DNA of 64,000 bases, taken from assembly GCA_913062845.1 (NCBI GenBank), contig CAJXVZ010000007.1:4209-68208 (forward strand), in the 5' to 3' direction. The position numbers and the translations under genes are program-made. Below are positions 36,432 through 44,201 of the stretch, one piece after another. Numbering within the stretch: the stretch's first letter is position 1; every line of letters begins with the position of its first letter. Source of the DNA: an uncultured Psychroflexus sp. Lineage in GTDB: Bacteria; Bacteroidota; Bacteroidia; Flavobacteriales; Flavobacteriaceae. Below the pieces are notes generated by a model that did not search any database, had not been told where the DNA came from, and saw nothing but the letters and a program-made list of their open reading frames with translations.

Positions 36432-37319
36432 ATGAAAATTTATAAATATATTGTTGTACTTAGCTTTCTGGGTTTGTGGTTAAATTCATTTATAGCTTCA
36501 AACTACCTTTATATATTGGGTTTGGTTTTAATCTTGACTTTTGGGATTCTACACGGCGCAAACGATATCGTAATTATAAAAAAGAGCTTTAAATCACATT
36601 TAATCAACAGCTTAACTAAAACTATTTTATTTTATTTAACAATTGTAGGTGTTTTTGCCCTTTTTTTTGTTTTAATACCTGATATTGCATTATTGGTATT
36701 TATTTTGATAAGTGCTTATCATTTTGGTGAACAACATTGGCATTTCCTTCTTAAAACTTCAAACAATTTATTAAAAGTCTCTTTTGAGCTTATATATGGT
36801 TGTCTGATATTTTGCCTCATATTTTACTTTCATCAGGAGGAAGTTGAACGTATCGTAAATGGTATTACCGGCTACTATCTGAATCTGGATTTTCTAAAAT
36901 ACTTACTTATCATACTATGTATTTTGAATGCGTTATTCAGTCTTGTTTTTTATAAAACAAACAGGTTGTTCAGATTGCAGCTTACAGAACAACTGCTTTA
37001 TTTATTGGTTTTGGCAATAATATTTCGGGTAACTGATCTTATATGGTCTTTTGCGATTTATTTTGTTTTATGGCATAGCGTACCATCTTTGTATGATCAA
37101 TTAAAATATATATACGGCGATGTAACGAAGAAAAGTATACTTAAATACCTAAAACAGGCAATCTGGTATTGGTTGGCTTCAATTGTGGGATTATTTGGCT
37201 TTTATTGGTTTTTGAAGGATACGCAAATATTTGAAGCACTTTTGTTTTCTTTCATCGCTGCGATTACTTTTCCTCATGTGCTTGTAATATCCAAGATGTT
37301 CAAAAAGAAAAACGACTAA
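36432..37319 (+). CDS. blh: Brp/Blh-family beta-carotene 15,15'-dioxygenase (retinal synthesis)
   Basis: 295-aa polytopic ORF divergent from the rhodopsin gene. Conserved His positions lie in ILHGAND, AYHFGEQHW, LWHSVPS and FPHV. Confidence 0.85.
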   Translation: MKIYKYIVVLSFLGLWLNSFIASNYLYILGLVLILTFGILHGANDIVIIKKSFKSHLINSLTKTILFYLTIVGVFALFFVLIPDIALLVFILISAYHFGEQHWHFLLKTSNNLLKVSFELIYGCLIFCLIFYFHQEEVERIVNGITGYYLNLDFLKYLLIILCILNALFSLVFYKTNRLFRLQLTEQLLYLLVLAIIFRVTDLIWSFAIYFVLWHSVPSLYDQLKYIYGDVTKKSILKYLKQAIWYWLASIVGLFGFYWFLKDTQIFEALLFSFIAAITFPHVLVISKMFKKKND

Positions 37320-37966
37320 TGTTTTTTAAGCCATTCCAGAACGGCCTGAAAATTATCCTGATTTACACCATGTCCGACAGGAAATTCTTTGTAAGTGCAG
37401 TTGACATTCATTTCTTTTAATATCTCAGGTGTTTTTCTGGCCCAATCCACCGGTATTACCTGATCAACACTACCATGAGAACTGAAAACATTCAGATTTT
37501 TTATTTGATTGACATCTCCCATTTCAATCAAATTTTTATCAATATAACCACTCAATCCAATTATGTTTTTTACGAGGCTTGGATAGGTGAGGGCAGTGGC
37601 AAAACTCAAAATGGTTCCCTGACTAAACCCAAATAAAGTAATATCATTTTTGTTGATATTGTACGCCTCAATAGCTTCATGAATAAAGTTCTTAATTCTG
37701 TCTCGCGATTCAATCGCCTGGTCTGTGTCGCTAAATTTGTTCGCATTAGCATCAAAATTTATCGCATACCAGGCATTTCCCATAGGTTGTAATTTGTATG
37801 GTGCTCTCACAGAGATGATCGTGTATTTTTCCGGTAGATAATCAGCAAAGCCAAACAAATCATTTTCGTCGCTGCCATAGCCGTGCAACATTAGAATAAG
37901 TGGTGCTGGCTCATCAGAAACAGAAGGTCTTATTAAATGTATTAAGCTTAATGGTTTTGTGGTCAT
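37316..37966 (-). CDS. Alpha/beta hydrolase (phospholipase/carboxylesterase family)
   Basis: 216-aa ORF with nucleophile elbow GFSQGT and a C-terminal His in FPVGHGV. Confidence 0.8.
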   Translation of the reverse strand: MTTKPLSLIHLIRPSVSDEPAPLILMLHGYGSDENDLFGFADYLPEKYTIISVRAPYKLQPMGNAWYAINFDANANKFSDTDQAIESRDRIKNFIHEAIEAYNINKNDITLFGFSQGTILSFATALTYPSLVKNIIGLSGYIDKNLIEMGDVNQIKNLNVFSSHGSVDQVIPVDWARKTPEILKEMNVNCTYKEFPVGHGVNQDNFQAVLEWLKKH

Positions 37967-38325
37967 TACAATACTTTAAAAAGTTTTTGAAATAAATTAC
38001 CCAGAATGGGAATGAGTTGTTTTTTACCTGAAATAGCATTTATAAATCCGTAAATCCAGAGAACAAAATAAAAGATCCAAAATGAATAAAAAATCATAAT
38101 ATTATTGAAAATAGAATCTAAACCAGACAGCAATTGTCCAACAGCTACAAAGATAAAATGTAAACCAAAGGATTGTCTGATATGAAATCTGGCAAATTCG
38201 TGTCGATCTTCCATATTCATAAAAATAGCGATTATACTGCCTAAAAAGAAAAAGAGATAACTTACAATGGCAGCAGACTTGCCTTTAGGAGACTTAACTT
38301 TATTCTGAGACATAATATTTACCAT
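37966..38325 (-). CDS. Small integral membrane protein (DUF4870-like)
   Basis: 119-aa ORF with 3-4 TM segments and an FHIRQSFGL motif. The start may be the internal ATG (MSQNK). Confidence 0.55.
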   Translation of the reverse strand: MVNIMSQNKVKSPKGKSAAIVSYLFFFLGSIIAIFMNMEDRHEFARFHIRQSFGLHFIFVAVGQLLSGLDSIFNNIMIFYSFWIFYFVLWIYGFINAISGKKQLIPILGNLFQKLFKVL

Positions 38326-39553
38326 TATTAATTATACCGTAAACCTTGCCTTTAAGATCTTCTCCTTCAAAAATTGCATTTTTGGACTTTGAATGAATAT
38401 CTTCTTCAGAAAATGTCCGGTTTATGTCCGGATCAAATAAGCTTAAAACTGCAGGTTGTTCAACATCAATATGCGTTCTGGTCGCGTTAAACCTTGATTT
38501 ACCTCTGGTTAAAAATTCGACTGACTCATCTAAACCGAATAGTTTGTTCAAAGCTCCAAATGCAGATTCTAATCCAATACTGCCAAATTCAGCATGCTCA
38601 AACTCAGTATTTTTAAGTTCAATATTTAGTGGTAAATGATCGCAGGTAACCATGTCGATAATACCTTTTTTTAAGCCCTCAATTAATGCTTCCTGATCTG
38701 ATGTTTCTCTTAAAGGAGGCCAAATCTTATATTTTGAATCGAAGCTTTCCAATACTTTGTCTGTGAAGTATAAATTGGAAAGTGCAACACTGCAAGTGAC
38801 GTCTAGCCCTTCATTTTTGGCTTGCTCTATCAGGCTTACCGATTCGGCTGTTGAAATACAACAGAAATGTACCTTTGCATCAGTATATTTTACCAATTCA
38901 AGATCTCTTTTCAATTGGATGACTTCAGCAATCCTCGGCATAGCTTTTAAGCCAAGTGCAGTGCTTACAGGCCCTTCATGCATTTGCGTGTCTGTACTGA
39001 GATGCTGGTCCAAAGAAAAAACCTGAATTAAAGCCTGAAAACTCTTTGAATATTGCATGGCTATTTTCAACAGGTTGGCATCATTTATTGAACGCTTATA
39101 ATCCCCAAATGCAACTGCACCATTGCTGTACATATCAAAAAGTTCAGCCATGTTTTGGCCTTCGGACCTTTCTGTTAATGCTCCGGTAGGCAGAATATCT
39201 ACAATGTGAGAAGCGCTTTTGTTTAAAATGTGCTGAATGAAACTGGAGTTGTCCAAAACCGGGTTAGTATTAGGGTTAAGAACCAGATGTGTGAAACCAC
39301 TTTTCATAGCTGTATCCAAACCGTTTTGTAGAGTTTCGCGTTCTTCAAAACCAGGCTCTCCAAAAGAGACAGAAGAATCGAACCAACCGGGCGAAAGGTG
39401 TAAATTATTCAGCTCAATAACTTTATTCGTTTCTTTATTTATTTGGTTTTCAATACTTTTTATAATGCCGTCTTCAACGAGTATATCCTTTGTTTGATGA
39501 TGAAAAGGACTGTTAGCATCTATTATTTTTGCTGACTTGAGAAGCAATACCAT
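38300..39553 (-). CDS. Dihydroorotase-like amidohydrolase-fold protein with degenerate metal site
   Basis: 417-aa ORF collinear with class I PyrC. The HxH motif reads DSSVS, and two further His ligands read F and C. Confidence 0.75.
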   Translation of the reverse strand: MVLLLKSAKIIDANSPFHHQTKDILVEDGIIKSIENQINKETNKVIELNNLHLSPGWFDSSVSFGEPGFEERETLQNGLDTAMKSGFTHLVLNPNTNPVLDNSSFIQHILNKSASHIVDILPTGALTERSEGQNMAELFDMYSNGAVAFGDYKRSINDANLLKIAMQYSKSFQALIQVFSLDQHLSTDTQMHEGPVSTALGLKAMPRIAEVIQLKRDLELVKYTDAKVHFCCISTAESVSLIEQAKNEGLDVTCSVALSNLYFTDKVLESFDSKYKIWPPLRETSDQEALIEGLKKGIIDMVTCDHLPLNIELKNTEFEHAEFGSIGLESAFGALNKLFGLDESVEFLTRGKSRFNATRTHIDVEQPAVLSLFDPDINRTFSEEDIHSKSKNAIFEGEDLKGKVYGIINNGKYYVSE

Positions 39554-39559
39554 AAGGAC

Positions 39560-41482
39560 TTATTTTAAAAACCTCAACAAAAGTAATTCAATAATCATAA
39601 ATATCAAGGCCAAAATTATAAACCAAATCCATAAACTCTTAATTTCTGTAGTTTCGTAAAAGGCTTCTGTATAACCTGTAAATCCTTCATAAACATTTGT
39701 ATTCTCATAGTCGCTTAAATCGTAGTACAACAGTTGATTTTCGTCCCTTTCATTATTAAAGGCCAATACGCCAATAGTATCTTTTTTTGAGCTTAAAAGT
39801 TGATAATGTCCGGACCTTTCAGGGTAATCTCCAAAATTCAACTTTATACTATTACCATCCGATTCCTGTCTCGGAATAAAACTGAAATCTTCTTTGGTCA
39901 GGGATAAAACTTCATCCTGTTGAATTTTTTCCTTGAGCTTTACTTCATATTTGTCATTCATGTACAAATAAAGTACTTCATCACTCTGAGCACTTAGAGC
40001 CATGTTATAAAATGACAAAACCACGATTGGAGACTGGGTAAAATTTGAATTATCTGAGATAGGAGCATTAAATCTGAAAACGTTTTTGTTTGATTCTAAA
40101 AAGGCTAAGCCATTACTGAAAGACAGGGCTTTTTCTGCACTGAAGTTTGCATAGTAAGTATCAAAAGTCGGATAATCAAAATTGTCTACATCCTTAGTGA
40201 AAACATTTTTAAACAATGGATGATCAAGATTGATATCGGTGAGCTTTATTCTACTTTCGTTTAGGGAAGAGTACGGCTCTAAATTCAGCAGATCAAAGAG
40301 GTTGTTATAACTGCTTAAATTTGCTTTTGATGATGGAATTATGACCAAAACACCTCCAACAGATGTATAGTTCTCTACAGCGATCCGAAGCGCATTTGTT
40401 GGATTTTCAATTTCGTTGAGTATGATTATATCTGCATTACTAATCTCTTCAAATTCTAACTGGTCAATAAGGGATTGTTTATACTGAAACCTCTCATTTT
40501 GAAATATTCTGTCTAAATAATCCGTGTACTTTTCCGAAACGGCAAGTACTTTTATCGGGTCCGGCTCTGAAATCGTAAAATAAAGACTATTGTCAAAGGT
40601 CAGGCCTGCATCTTCAATTTCCAATCTACCAAACTTAACCTCATTTTGATTCAAATCAAAACTGTAGGTTTTTCTTGTTTCTTCTTCAAAACTAATACTA
40701 AATCTTCCAAGCAGTTTACTTTCATTATATACTGAGACTGGTAAATTTTGGGTTACCGGTTCTGATGCTTTAATCTCAAAATTCAATACATTTTCATTTG
40801 TTGTTTTTTCAACATAGGCCGTATCTATGCTAAAATTTAAAAGACTTTGGGGTTCATATTTGATCAAATTGTAATTGATATGATCTTTAAAATTTAAAGC
40901 ATCACCTTGTTTTTGAAATTTTTGAAAATCAGAAAGAAAGATCGCCTCCTTTAGAGCATTGTCGGTATTACTGAAAACGACTTCTGTTTTTTGAAGCATT
41001 TCCTCAAAACTCAAAGCTGAAGGATAGATCTCAATGTCAAAAATCAGCGATTTGAGTTCTTCTGAGCTCAGATTTTTGTAAATCTCATTATGGGTGATAA
41101 GATTGTAAACCTGGTCATTAGGAGTAGATTCGAGTAGGTCTTCCTTAGCTTGTGTGAATAGATCAGCTTTTTCCCCTCTTAAAGTCATGCTAAAAGAATT
41201 GTCCAGAAAAACATTGAGCTCTTTGGCTTGAGAAGAATTTTCGCCAGGAATGTAAGGTTGCGCAAAGGCCAAAATCAAAAAGGTCAGGATCAATAGTCTT
41301 GCAATAAGACTCAGCCACTTTTTTAATTTTGAACTTTTCCTCGAAGAAATGATCAGCTTTTGAAGTAAAGCTACATTCGTGAAGGGTTCAGGTTTAAATT
41401 TTCTTAGCTGAAAGAGATGAACGATAACGGGAATAACCAGTGCAAAAAGTCCGTATAAGATCTTAGGATGGTAAAACTGCAT
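39560..41482 (-). CDS. BatA-N-terminal-domain membrane protein (640 aa)
   Basis: The N-terminus MQFYHPKILYGLFALVIPVIVHLFQLRK is typical of the aerotolerance-regulator N-terminal domain. There is a second TM at the extreme C-terminus and a large middle region without known motifs. Confidence 0.65.
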   Translation of the reverse strand: MQFYHPKILYGLFALVIPVIVHLFQLRKFKPEPFTNVALLQKLIISSRKSSKLKKWLSLIARLLILTFLILAFAQPYIPGENSSQAKELNVFLDNSFSMTLRGEKADLFTQAKEDLLESTPNDQVYNLITHNEIYKNLSSEELKSLIFDIEIYPSALSFEEMLQKTEVVFSNTDNALKEAIFLSDFQKFQKQGDALNFKDHINYNLIKYEPQSLLNFSIDTAYVEKTTNENVLNFEIKASEPVTQNLPVSVYNESKLLGRFSISFEEETRKTYSFDLNQNEVKFGRLEIEDAGLTFDNSLYFTISEPDPIKVLAVSEKYTDYLDRIFQNERFQYKQSLIDQLEFEEISNADIIILNEIENPTNALRIAVENYTSVGGVLVIIPSSKANLSSYNNLFDLLNLEPYSSLNESRIKLTDINLDHPLFKNVFTKDVDNFDYPTFDTYYANFSAEKALSFSNGLAFLESNKNVFRFNAPISDNSNFTQSPIVVLSFYNMALSAQSDEVLYLYMNDKYEVKLKEKIQQDEVLSLTKEDFSFIPRQESDGNSIKLNFGDYPERSGHYQLLSSKKDTIGVLAFNNERDENQLLYYDLSDYENTNVYEGFTGYTEAFYETTEIKSLWIWFIILALIFMIIELLLLRFLK

Positions 41483-41609
41483 TCGGCTTATTTATATTCT
41501 CAACGCAAATATACATATACCTTAAAGCTATCAAATAGCTTTAACCCAAATTAAATAAAATATAATCGTTTTCTTGCGATTCAAAATAGCTTGATATGAA
41601 ATCTATGCT

Positions 41610-42806
41610 TTATTTTTCGATAGAGAAAGTAATATTTGTGTAAACGCCAACTTCTGAATCTACCTTTATTTTGCCACCTAAATTGTGAATAAGTTTTCTA
41701 ACGGTAGAAAGACCAATACCATTGCCTTTTTGCCCGCGTCTGTCTCTTTCGGCAATAGTGGAAAAAAGCTTGAAAATGTCCTTTTGTTTGTCTTTCGGAA
41801 TGCCCATGCCATTGTCTTTGACACTAAAAAAATAATATTCATCGCTTTCCTCGAGTTCTATGTCTACAACTATTTTTTCTTTGTCGTTGTACTTTATACT
41901 ATTACCAATAAGATTTAAGAGTATTTGCTCTAAAGCGGTTTTATTACATTTGATAAACTTGTTCTCCTTAGGCATGTTGATATCACAATTATCATTTACA
42001 TCCAATAATTCTATGATATCTTCAATGAGTTCTTTAACTTCTACTTCCTCCCTGTATTCGCTCTCAGTAATTTCATCACTCTTGTAGTGCATGAGTATAT
42101 TAGTGATGTAATCACTCATTTTAAAAGCAGACTGCTTTAGATTGTTAAGATATTCAAACCCGGCTTCGTCAAGGATTTTTTTATATTTAGCTTTAAGAAT
42201 GTCTATGGTCACAATGATATTTGACAATGGCATTTTCATATCATGTGAAACAACACCTGCAAAATTCTTAAGCTGCTCGTTTTTTTCTCTTAAATTCTTT
42301 TGTACTTCTCTGAGGTTTTTATTTTTGGCTCTTAATTCTAGGAGTTTAACAACTTGATTAGAAAGATTTTGTAAAGCTATTTTTTGTCTTTCATTGAGTT
42401 TTCTGGGTTCAAAATCTACAACACATATCGTTCCAAGAACAAAACCGCTCTCATGAACCAATGGCGCTCCTGCATAGAATTTCACACCCTTTTCTGTGAC
42501 AAAAACATTATCCTTAAACAGCTCGTGTTTGGTAGTATCTTCAATTTCATAGATACCATTTGGATTTTTTATGGCGTGTGTACAAAAAGAATCGCTTCGT
42601 TTTGTTTCTTGTTCCTTCAGTCCTATTTTTGATTTAAACCACTGTCTGTCTCTATCGACAAGACTTATGAATGCGACCGGTGTATCACATATAAATGAAG
42701 CAAGTACAGTCAGCTCATCGTACTCTTTTTCTTTTTCAGTATCAAGTATATTAAGAGAATTAAGCGCTTTTAGCCTTTCTTCTTCATGTAAAGTGGTTTG
42801 CGGCAT
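41610..42806 (-). CDS. GAF-domain sensor histidine kinase (cytoplasmic)
   Basis: GAF-like N-terminal half, H-box VVSHDMKMPLSNI and an HATPase_c C-terminus (GNGIGLSTVRKLI). Start moved to the internal Met (MPQTTLHEE) in the ORF-track frame. Confidence 0.85.
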   Translation of the reverse strand: MPQTTLHEEERLKALNSLNILDTEKEKEYDELTVLASFICDTPVAFISLVDRDRQWFKSKIGLKEQETKRSDSFCTHAIKNPNGIYEIEDTTKHELFKDNVFVTEKGVKFYAGAPLVHESGFVLGTICVVDFEPRKLNERQKIALQNLSNQVVKLLELRAKNKNLREVQKNLREKNEQLKNFAGVVSHDMKMPLSNIIVTIDILKAKYKKILDEAGFEYLNNLKQSAFKMSDYITNILMHYKSDEITESEYREEVEVKELIEDIIELLDVNDNCDINMPKENKFIKCNKTALEQILLNLIGNSIKYNDKEKIVVDIELEESDEYYFFSVKDNGMGIPKDKQKDIFKLFSTIAERDRRGQKGNGIGLSTVRKLIHNLGGKIKVDSEVGVYTNITFSIEK

Positions 42807-42864
42807 ATGATATTTTATATAAGAATCGCAATTTAACAAAAATAAAACTTTTAAACTATCTAAA

Positions 42865-42906
42865 TAAAAAAACCGCATTAACTCCGGTTACGGGAATCAA
42901 GCGGTT
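42865..42906 (-). terminator. Probable terminator after rplI
   Basis: AACCGC/GCGGTT stem with a structured loop, followed by a T-run on the minus strand, 25-65 nt past the rplI stop. Confidence 0.4.
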
Positions 42907-42930
42907 TATTAAATTTGTTAGAAAGTGAAT

Positions 42931-43380
42931 CTAGGCTTCTGCTATAACGTCAAATGTAAAATCTACGATTACTTCTCTGTGAAACCTGATTTTAGCATCG
43001 TACTGACCTAATCTTTTTATGTTTCCACCAAAAATAGAAATGAATTTCTTTTCAATTTCAACACCTTTTTCTGCAAGCGCATCACTCAGGTCAGCGTCAG
43101 TTACGCTACCAAAGAGTTTATCACCTGCACCGGCTTTTGCAGTAATTTTGAGATCAAGACCATCAAGTTTTGCTGCGTCTTCCTTAGCTTGCTTAATAGT
43201 TTCTTCTTCTTTGTGAGCGCGTTGTCTTAAGTTTTCTGCTAATACTTTTTTTGCAGATTCTGTTGCCATAACAGCATAACCTTGTGGTATTAAATAATTA
43301 CGTCCGTAACCATTTTTTACAGTCACTATATCGTCGGCAAAACCTAAATTATCAACGTCTTTTTTTAGTATTAATTCCAT
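42931..43380 (-). CDS. rplI: 50S ribosomal protein L9
   Basis: 149-aa ORF starting MELILKKDVDNLG...VTVKNGYGRNYLIPQG. Confidence 0.95.
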   Translation of the reverse strand: MELILKKDVDNLGFADDIVTVKNGYGRNYLIPQGYAVMATESAKKVLAENLRQRAHKEEETIKQAKEDAAKLDGLDLKITAKAGAGDKLFGSVTDADLSDALAEKGVEIEKKFISIFGGNIKRLGQYDAKIRFHREVIVDFTFDVIAEA

Positions 43381-43392
43381 GTTCTTTCGTTT

Positions 43393-43689
43393 TTATTTAA
43401 GTAAATCACCTACATAAGGCATTAAGGCTAAATGTCTCGCACGCTTCACAGCCTGAGCAACTTTTCTTTGGTATTTCAAAGAAGTTCCTGTAAGACGTCT
43501 AGGTAAAATTTTACCTTGCTCGTTTACAAATTCCATTAAGAAATCTGCATTTTTATAGTCAACGTACTTGATGCCTGCTCTTTTAAAACGGCAGTAGCGT
43601 TTTTTACTTTTGGTTTCAATATCCAGAGGCGTTAAATACCTGATTTCGCCTTCATTTTTTTCTTTTGATTGTTCTTCAATTTTTGACAT
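43393..43689 (-). CDS. rpsR: 30S ribosomal protein S18
   Basis: 98-aa ORF with [16 protein letters not shown]...ILPRRLTG. Confidence 0.95.
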   Translation of the reverse strand: MSKIEEQSKEKNEGEIRYLTPLDIETKSKKRYCRFKRAGIKYVDYKNADFLMEFVNEQGKILPRRLTGTSLKYQRKVAQAVKRARHLALMPYVGDLLK

Positions 43690-43692
43690 GGC

Positions 43693-44031
43693 TTAAGCTT
43701 TTTTGTTCATTCTTTTTACTCTTTCTCTTGCCCATTCTACGGCATACTTGTCTAACTTGACAGTTAAGAAACGCATTACACGTTCATCTTGTCTCATCAT
43801 CAACTCCATAGTGTCTATGGCAGCAGGATTGACCTGAAATTCAAGTAAATGGTAAAAACCACTTTTTTTGTTTTCGATAGGGTAAGCCAATTTTTTGAGT
43901 CCCCAATCTTCTTTGTGCACAATCTCTGCACCTTCAGATTTTAAATAATCTTCAAACTTTTTTACTGTTTCCTTTATCTGTTCTTCAGATAAAACGGGAT
44001 TAAGAATGAAAACAGTTTCGTACTGGTTCAT
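43693..44031 (-). CDS. rpsF: 30S ribosomal protein S6
   Basis: 112-aa ORF starting [12 protein letters not shown]. First gene of the rpsF-rpsR-rplI operon. Confidence 0.95.
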   Translation of the reverse strand: MNQYETVFILNPVLSEEQIKETVKKFEDYLKSEGAEIVHKEDWGLKKLAYPIENKKSGFYHLLEFQVNPAAIDTMELMMRQDERVMRFLTVKLDKYAVEWARERVKRMNKKA

Positions 44032-44057
44032 AGTTTTATTTTTAAATTAAACGGGTG

Positions 44058-44065
44058 CAAAAATA
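44058..44065 (-). promoter_or_regulatory. Candidate -7 box (TATTTTTG on minus strand) for the rpsF operon
   Basis: TAnnTTTG 27 nt upstream of the rpsF start. Confidence 0.4.
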
Positions 44066-44174
44066 CGCTTTTTAATTTTATAAGCAAGTGGTTGAAGCTA
44101 AATGTTTTTAGATTTATAGAACAGTACGATTTTAAATTAATCAATTAATCTTAAGACCATTATACTATATTGGT

Positions 44175-44182
44175 TATTTTTG
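44175..44182 (+). promoter_or_regulatory. Candidate -7 box (TATTTTTG) for valS
   Basis: TAnnTTTG 20 nt upstream of the valS ATG. Confidence 0.4.
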
Positions 44183-44201
44183 CAAATCCAAAATTGAAAA
44201 C

